This document shows, piece by piece, positions 55,474 to 64,000 of a stretch of DNA of 64,000 nucleotides (position 1 is its first letter; every line of letters begins with the position of its first letter). Both the position numbers and the translations under genes were made by a program. A model generated the notes under the pieces. That model did not search any database. It saw nothing but the letters and a program-made list of their open reading frames with translations, and had not been told where the DNA came from. Origin of the DNA: Octopus vulgaris (lineage: Eukaryota); contig OX597825.1 of assembly GCA_951406725.2 (NCBI GenBank), positions 20,212,001 to 20,276,000 of the forward strand. Reading direction: 5' to 3'.

Positions 55474-55695
55474 CAGTAATTCCTCGACAATCGCGATTGT
55501 TACGTTCTAAAATCCCACACGATAGGTGAAAATCCGCGAAGTAGAAACAGTACTGTACTGTTTTTATCATTATTAGTTTTATAATTTGTACATATTTATT
55601 TTTATTATAAATGCAAAACAACACCACAGATGAATCGACGTAAGCTTAAATAATAAACCGCCATAGGTGAACCGCGAAATGGCGAGGAATTACTA
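55474..55695. mobile_element. pogo/Tigger-like MITE
   Basis: ta|cagtaattcctcg...cgaggaattacta|ta; homologous to 42102-42319. Confidence 0.88.
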
Positions 55696-55917
55696 TACAT
55701 GTTTGTGGCATAGATACGAGTGATGGGAGAGAGTGTAAAATTTTAGTAAGGGTTACTGTAGGCACACTACTGTATCACACAAATCGTATAGCACAAACCT
55801 GTTTGAATGCAGGGACGGACGAAGCTGGAAATTAAAAAGTAAATTAAAAAGAGATTAAGTGATCTGTATTTAAGAAATATTAAGAGAAGTGAAGGAGGTT
55901 GGTGATCGGATAATATA

Positions 55918-56483
55918 TTGGGTTATCTGGAAAGTTCTTACCGATTTATAATAGTTTCCCTTCCGACTTATTTTAGAACATGGTTGAGTCTATAAAATAG
56001 GATTTGACTACACCTCCATTTAGAGCACAGTGTAAGCTATCTTTTAGTGGAAGAAGGTTTATGTTCCTATAACCTCTGTTAATTCTGTAACCCTTTAAAA
56101 TGGAAGATAAGAAGGTTCATTTTCAGCACTTAATGATTTGGGAACCAGACAAAAATTGTAGCAGCTCGTTTGGGATGTGTTACCCCAAACTCCATATTCA
56201 CCAGATATTGCTCCTCCGGATTTCCACTTATTCAGGTCCCAGCAGAATAGTCTTAATCGTAAAAATTTCAATTCCTTGGATGATGTAAAAAGATACCTTG
56301 ATGAAACTTTTGCCATGAAACCACCTCAATTTTGGGAAGAGGGTATTTTCAAGTTAAAGGAAAGATGGAGACGCATTATGCAACAAAATGGTTCATATTT
56401 GGTTGATTAAAACTGTAATGGTAAGTATTTATTGACTTTTTTCTTTCCTTTAAAAATCGGCACGGACTTTCCGGACAACTCAA
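55918..56483 (+). mobile_element. Internally deleted mariner with both TIRs and TA TSD
   Basis: ta|ttgggttatctggaaagttcttaccgattt / aaatcggcacggactttccggacaactcaa|ta; MEDKKVHFQHLM joined to PYSPDIAPPDFHLFRS..GIFKLKERWRRIMQQNGSY. Confidence 0.95.
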
Positions 56484-56712
56484 TAGTTGGTGCAATTTGA
56501 AGTTATAAAATTAGTAGCTTAAATACGATGACTGGTGGTTGTATATGATTGTGAAAGAAAAGGGGTCTGATGAATTGTTTGAGAGTCTAAGGAAAGCTCA
56601 TCATTAAAAGTGAAAACAATGTGCAAGGAAAGCTGATCATATCAAACTGGAAAAAGGGTCTCATGCACTATAGTGATAAACAGTATTCATACATATATGT
56701 GTGTGTATTTTT

Positions 56713-57059
56713 GTATGTATGAATGTATGTATGTATGTATGTATGTATGTATGTATGTATGTATGTATGTATGTATGTATGTATCTATGTATCTATGCAT
56801 GTATGTATGTATGTATGTGTGTATGTATGTATGTATGTATAGGTGCAGATTTGTATCTTTTGTTTAACGAATGTCTTCTCATGCATATACCTGGAATATC
56901 TAGACATGCTCATATATATACTTAAATGAAAAACTTCTGCAAAGTTTTACAGATTCTTACAGTTCCAGTGATGGCTTGGATCTCTAATCTGCCAATTAGC
57001 TTTCTCATTTCTCGTTTTAAGAAGCTTAATTTCTCCAGATTGGTATTTAGGTAGCGAAT
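56713..57059 (-). mobile_element. RLE-type LINE extreme 3' end with (TACA)n tail
   Basis: Minus IRYLNTNLEKLSFLKREMRKLIGRLEIQAITGTVRICKTLQKFFI* (57059-56922), ~80-nt UTR, then (TACA)n. Confidence 0.65.
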
Positions 57060-58911
57060 TGTATATATGCATACGCTCTCACTCTCTCACCGTATGTGCA
57101 TGTGTGTGCGCACGCGTATGTGAACAGAGTGTAGGGGAGAGAGAAAGACACATATACATTTTCATAAATGCAAGCGTTTAGACTTATGCATATATTTTTA
57201 TTCAGCAAACATACGAAGAAAAATTTGAACATTCTGTATATTACAAAGTCATATGTATTTATTCACAAGTGTATAAGTACTTGCGTACTGGTCCCTATTA
57301 TTAGGAACGGTTTTCATTTTGTATTCTTTCAATATACTGATTCTGATAGTTTATGGTTAGAGGAAACATATGCTATATTCCGTTTAGAGAACATGCTTTA
57401 TATATATATGAAAAATGTATTCTTTTATTCTCCAGTTCGCATTCATTTTTACATATACCATGTTTGAATTTTATTTGTTTTCCGCTGAATTTTTAGTTTG
57501 TTATTTATGCTTTTACCGTTCGAAATGATAGTTTCAATAGCTGTATAATTTGCTTTAGTTTCTATGAATAACTATTATTAAGTATTAGTTTGTTTACTCA
57601 ACTAATTTCTTTCCGCAATATTGCTTGTTACAGAAGAAAATGTAAAAAGCCTTTGCAACCGGAATTATATAACTGAAGTTTTGTATTACTTGACATTCCT
57701 TCCCAGTTTTATGCTATTGCTGTTTTCATTGTTCCATTGTCGTGGTTTTCCTTGTGTTTGGTTTTTGCTGAGTCGGCAAGTTAAAGAAAGCCTACGATCA
57801 AAGATATTAATGCTGAGACCTATCCATTCTTATCTCGGTCACCACTATGTATACAAGAATACGTTAGTATACCTGCCTTTCAAAATTAGAGTGTAATTCG
57901 AAAGAAACAGAGAAACACAGGAACAGAGAGAGAGAGAGACAGAGGCAGATAACTGCTACGTCTAGTAAGTCGCAAGATAATATAGAACAGGAATGGTATA
58001 CTCGTATATACAAAGTATAGTAAATTTTTCAATTATAAAATTTATACAATATTCGTACGCCTGTTCGCGACGTAGGTCGCGTTTCCACTACGACTTAAAA
58101 CGGTTACACCTGGAATGGAAAATCGTCCGGTAATTACTATTTGAATGGAAACTTTGTTTTCATGATAAAACACATATTACTAGGTTTGTACCAACCTCTT
58201 GAGACCCAACTACACTCTAGCTGAAAAATATAGAATACCTCATAAGTAACGTAAACATACTAAATTCAGTGGTGGCTTTAATGAAGATGTTACGCGTTAA
58301 TTTAATGTGTTAAGCTTATCTTAATTAATGTATATGGAATTATAGATACATATACACACGATATACACACATATAAGAGTTAGAATATGTGATCCACCCG
58401 CGGAACTTTTTCCTTGGAAATTTTTGCCCGCTGCATTAAAAAGTTTCCCCACTTCTGATGGAGAAGTACGTCTCAGTTCTACCAGTAAAAGTCTTCGATG
58501 AAATGTTTGAGGCCTTCATAAATTCAAAGATTAATCAGCATCTGCTCTACCTTTCGAGACGGTTGAGTGTAATATGGGAGGCTTAGCTGCTATTTTTAGT
58601 AGATTGGGAGACCATGATCAATTGTATATGTGCGTTATTGAGCTGAAGTCTCCACTATATTGTTATGAAGCCGCCACAGATTCAACGAAAATTTAACAAT
58701 TAACAACATTGTTAATAATCGGCATCCCTCCTAAATAAGGTTAGAATTGTATCATACGGTAAAAAGTTTTAGGCTGGGCGTTAGGAGTTGTAGCAAAGAA
58801 TTTAATACCTTAAATGTTTAGACGCTGAAGGCCAAGAGATTAATTCTAAACGCTTCAAAAAGATCTGAGTACACTTAATCCAATGTGTGTGTTGATTATA
58901 CACGCGCATGC

Positions 58912-58970
<59 letters not shown>

Positions 58971-58990
58971 TATTATATATATATATATAT

Positions 58991-59048
<58 letters not shown>

Positions 59049-59079
59049 ATAAAACGGTTATACAGGGAGAGAGAAACAG

Positions 59080-59146
<67 letters not shown>

Positions 59147-59159
59147 CTGACAGATATTA

Positions 59160-59312
59160 GCCGCAGCTGTGATTGTCTGATAAGTAGTTTCCATATGGGC
59201 CACATGGTTCCGATTTAAGTCCCACCAACAGCTGGGAAGACGTCTTCCACTAAAACTCCTAGCAAACCAAAGCACTGAGTGGAGGTTTTAGGCGAAAACT
59301 GAAAGAAACACG

Positions 59313-59316
<4 letters not shown>
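59160..59316 (+). mobile_element. SINE family A head, old copy
   Basis: ccacatggttccg..gtcttccacta..accaaagc..gagtgga..aaactgaaagaaac. Confidence 0.65.
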
Positions 59317-59361
<45 letters not shown>

Positions 59362-60004
59362 TTAACAGAGGTCGCGAAAAGCGACGGTGAGTGATGTCTA
59401 ACACCGCTTATGCTAAAATAAGAGTCAGATTAACTCTAAAACAAATTTATTTTGCTTCTAGATTCTAATTGCTAATAAGCCACCCATTTAATTTGTTATA
59501 TATATATATATACAGAGAGAGAGAGAGAGACAGAGAGGGAGAGAGAGACAGAGAGAGACAGAGAGAGACAGAGAAAGAGAGAGAGAGAGGAGATAGATAG
59601 ATACATACGTACATACATACATACATAGACAGACAGATGTAAGCGTGTGTATTTATTTATTTGATTATTTATTTATTTATTTGTTTATTTATTTATTTGT
59701 GTATTAAGGATAACATTAATTTCATTTTAAGGGACCTATCTTAATGCCTTAACAATTTTTCAGGCCGATCACGTGTTGGAATGGTGTTCGTCTCCATTTT
59801 GGAAGAAAACAAAAGAGATCTCAGGAAAAGTCTCAGTAATTTTATCCAGCAAAGCGATGTTGAGCACTCGTCCTCGTCGTTTGACATGTACGTATATATA
59901 TATCTATATATATATGTATGTGTGTGTGTGTGTGTGAGTGAGTGTGTATGTGTGAGTTAGTGTGTGTGTGTGTGTGCATATACATAATACAATATATATG
60001 CAAG

Positions 60005-60039
<35 letters not shown>

Positions 60040-60227
60040 ATATATATATATGCGTATGTTTGTATGTATATATGCATGTGTGTGCATATGTACATGTGTG
60101 TGTGTGCATGTGTGTGTATGTTTGCGTTGGTCCCCCGTTACCGTTAGACTAAGTTACTTCAAGGCGGTCTATCAGCATGGTTACAGTCCAAAGAGTTAAA
60201 TAAATTCACACACACACACAAGCCCAT

Positions 60228-60259
<32 letters not shown>

Positions 60260-60635
60260 ACACGCACATATACAAAGGGAGAGATGAAACAGACGACAGG
60301 AAAACAATAGCCGTGATATGTCAGTATGATTAAAATTCACAAAGGAAATGATGCAAGCATTGCACATAGGGGTAATAATATTTCCATTATTGAAACGAAT
60401 ATAGGAAATGAACTATTTCAAATGACGATGTTTTTATTGTTCTTCTGTTTTTCCATAATATATTATGCTTGCTTTGTTTGTCTATTAAAACTCATATTAC
60501 TAGTGATGCAACAGATGTAGATTCGGGGTATAATACTTTATAATGAACATTGATTTAATTGTTTATTGGTCGTGAATACAAAACATATTATACAACACAC
60601 GCACACATTCACTTACACACACACACACATACACA

Positions 60636-60691
<56 letters not shown>

Positions 60692-60756
60692 CATATACAT
60701 GCATACATATATGTGTATATTGACGATGTGAATTGATTGTATTGTGTATGTACACT

Positions 60757-60807
<51 letters not shown>

Positions 60808-60884
60808 CCACCACCGTACAGGTCTCTACGAGAGATTTAGAAATTCAATATATCTTGTATATATATATATATATATATATATAT

Positions 60885-61112
60885 GCTCTTTTGTTCTTTT
60901 ACTCTTTTATTTGTTTCAGTCACCTGATTGCGGCCATGCTGGAGCATCGCCTTTAGTCGAACAAATCGACCCCTGGACTCATTCCTTATTCACCTAGTAC
61001 TTATTATATCGGTCTCTTTTGCCGAACCGCTATGGTGCGGGGACGTAAACACACCAGTATCGTTGTCAAGTGATGGTGGGGGTAACAAACACAGACACAC
61101 AAACATATGCAC
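60885..61112 (-). mobile_element. SINE family A 3' half
   Basis: ttgtttcagtcacctgattgcggccatgctggagc..ttttgccgaaccgct..aaacacagacacac. Confidence 0.88.
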
Positions 61113-61115
61113 ACC

Positions 61116-61181
<66 letters not shown>

Positions 61182-61373
61182 CAAAGTATGGGGGTTTATT
61201 TCACCATATCTAAATGATTAGGTACGCTGTAACGGATTACTAGAGCTTCAAGGTTATAACCGAGACGGTAGTTATGGAGCCATTACAGCAGATAATTGCT
61301 AAAGACGACAACAAACATTAAGGCAAGGCAAACATCTCAAGTGTTATACCATATTATTATTAGAAAAAATTCA

Positions 61374-61429
61374 GTCTTACAGTTGTTTCTGAGATATCTA
61401 CGAGTATGAGATATTCCGTCATCAGAGAC
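61374..61429 (-). ncRNA. Type I hammerhead ribozyme motif, intact core boxes
   Basis: Minus: gtct CTGATGA cggaatatct catactcgt agatatctca GAAA caactg TA agac; base of stem II imperfect. Confidence 0.75.
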
Positions 61430-63219
61430 AAATAGGGAAAAACAGTGAAAATGAGAATGGTGTATATTAATGAGGTGACGACATTGAGGAAGGTAGTAAA
61501 GAAATAAGGAGATGGAGACAGAAGAAAATAAAGAAGTTTAAATGTTCATACTTCAACTTTCCGATGTTCTAGAAAGAAGAGCATAAGTCCTTAGGTGCAA
61601 TTCTGCGTATATAATGTGGGTTAAAATCCAGATATAATAAGCATCCAGAGAATAAAATGCGCGAACATATCACCGTTCAGTAACAGAATGGTAGCGGAGG
61701 TGGTTATTAAGTAGTAAAAGGAAAAAAAATTATAAATAGAAAGAGAAATAGATAGTGTAAGGGTTAAGGATTTGATTGCGGATAAAATAAGGTGTATAGG
61801 CGAATAGTGTCTAAGAATTGTGTACAGGGTAGCTGAGGAGATAAGAGAGAGGACGAGGTGGTAGAGGAAGATAGGGCAAAAAAATAGCAAAATGGAAGGA
61901 ATTTGAAGATAGTAGTACTGTCTGTGATAGACTTAAAGTCTACAGGTGTTGGAGAGGAAATCTAGTAGTAAACACTTGTATCCGTTCTGGCTAACGTCAG
62001 TGGCTGTAGAGTTATTTCTAGTAAGGGGATTATGGGTGTGTAGGTAGTCGAAAATAGAAGAGCTAGTTGAATGTATAGAGTTGCATGATCTTCTAAAAGT
62101 AGTAGCCAGATCACAAGATTATCGTACGCTACTGTATTAAAAAGTAGATAAACACGTGATTCAATGCAGTTCGGCGTATAAAAATAAATAATGGTATCAT
62201 GATATCTTGCATGATTTTGACTATAATTTTACACCAGCTGGGCTGACCTGAGTTGAGATAAACGTATCACCTACAGTTTATTCATGGTGTTTATTCATGG
62301 TCATAAATTATTGTCACCTGTATTGCAAGAAATATCAGCCTAAATCAGACGGTTCTGTTTTAAAAAAGAAGTATGAGTCTGGAATGAAGGGAGGGTGGTC
62401 ACGGTATGAATAACTTTGAAATTAGGCCTGCAATAATGGAGCCGCTGTGACGCTAAATTACAATAACAATATAAGAGTTGTGTTAATACAGTTTTGCTTC
62501 GCTGTTAATAGAGCAAAATTATATCAATGAAATTAAAATACTGATTAATGTTTAATTTGTATATCTCAGAGGATGCCATGTTGAGGGTTTCTAAAAAGAA
62601 TGAAATGGTGCTATACATAATTAACTATGACATAAAATGTTAAGAGTTTCGTCATAAGAAAGGAATAAAAATTGAATACGCATATTTTATGCAACTTCTT
62701 CCTTATTCCTAAATATCGTATTTAATCCAGCCAAATATGAAGAAACTATTATCTTCCTTGTACTAATTCTCTGCTAAAGGACTCCGCCTGCTTAATCCTG
62801 TTTATATATAAAATGTAGAACTCTAATTTTATATTCTCAGTTACTTCCCTAACATAGTTTATATTCTTTTTTCTAAAAAATAAAAAAACATCGATCTGCA
62901 GGTTTTAAATATATAATAGTAAACGGGCTTTGCTTGGCGATATGATATGAATTCTATCGAGTAGGTAAGCGAGAAATATAGATCGATGTTCGATGATAAA
63001 TAAAAAAACTAATCTGTGGTGTAGAAGGAACAGCAAGAAGAATAAGTACAGACAGAAATACTCAATTATTCATTTGCTATGATGACGCTGGAATGTATGT
63101 TGTATTCAAACATTACTATTCATGGGTCTCTTATCTATTTAATTTTGATACCCAACACCAGTTGTTCTCTGATTTATAATCAAGAAGGGTCCCTTTTCTT
63201 TTCTCATGTCCATTGAAAT

Positions 63220-63415
63220 GCATTGCCGGACGGAATATTTAGTGGAATTTCTTACGGATTTCGATCCTCAATTCAAATTCCGCCCCTGTCGACCTTCCAT
63301 TTCATCCTATCGAGGTCTATAAAATAAGTACCAGCTGAAAACTGGGATCGATGTAATCTACCACTTACCCCATCCCCTCCGAGAACAAAATATACCTTGT
63401 GCCGGTAGCAGAAAG
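63220..63415 (+). mobile_element. SINE family B, old copy
   Basis: ttcaaattccgcccctgtcgaccttccatttcatcctatcgaggtctataaaataagtaccag. Confidence 0.75.
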
Positions 63416-63599
63416 AAAACGCTAAGGAAATAATGAGAACATTTTGTAAAATCAGTTTCGGTTCTGAACTTGTGCTTGCACCATAAATTGTTATGGCATT
63501 TTAATAGAAAGTTTTAATTTAGACCATATTAATAAACGAAGTTTATATCATAGAACCAGGAGCGGTCTCGAGTGTGTTGATATTAAAATGGATTTTTGC

Positions 63600-63820
63600 A
63601 CCTTTAGCATTTAAATCGACCATATCTGTTCCCAAATACTCTCCCTGTTTTATGTTCAATCTGGCCAAATCTGGATTCTGAAAGCCTACGTTACAATGTC
63701 ATGCTAAGAATAAACAGCCGCCACATCAAAATCTTGAAGACACAAAATAATGCCTGATTAATTTAAAACGATGCGTTAATAAGCATTACATTTGACGGAG
63801 TAATCTGAAAACTAAAAGGT
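63600..63820. mobile_element. Decayed MITE with short TIRs, possibly piggyBac-like
   Basis: acctttagcattt ... aaaactaaaaggt; TTAA flanks degraded. Confidence 0.45.
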
Positions 63821-64000
63821 TCAATTCATTTTGCTACCAGCAGTTTGAGTTATTTGACTTGGTTAGCTTTTGTTCAAATTACGCAAATTACTTGGAACAT
63901 AAATGAGTTCTACCCGTTTTTTTTTATATTTAAATCTAACTCCTTGGCTACTGGAGATAAATTCTGAACAGTTTCGTGTTGATAACGGTTATTGAGCCAG

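Noticed and set aside
58062-58095. cgcgac-gtag-gtcgcg hairpin
   Set aside because: Could be a ribozyme stem II remnant but no CTGANGA box

Overview
AT-rich, microsatellite-saturated eukaryotic non-coding DNA, most likely from an octopus/cephalopod genome. That assignment is my inference from the SINE families and the (TA)n/(CA)n/(TACA)n/(GATA)n load. No intact protein-coding gene is evident, and nearly all ORF-track entries are translated simple repeats. The window holds three tRNA-headed SINE families (CORE-like, Meta/MESC-like, V-domain-like), decayed RTE, RLE-type (R4/Dong-like) and L1/Tx1-like LINE fragments, mariner/Tc1 relics, TA-flanked MITEs, and Penelope-like element (PLE) relics with RT and GIY-YIG pieces. 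The strongest hidden signal is about a dozen type I hammerhead-ribozyme motifs (CTGANGA - stem II - GAAA - palindromic stem III - NTH - stem I) from several unrelated sequence families. Four have intact catalytic cores, including a head-to-head twin pair with a branched stem II at 29086-29388. Also notable: several fold-back inverted duplications, SINE multimers sharing one junction, a 32-bp minisatellite born inside a SINE, and one candidate terminal exon ending in a PDZ-type motif. All calls were made by eye; no database searches or folding were run.
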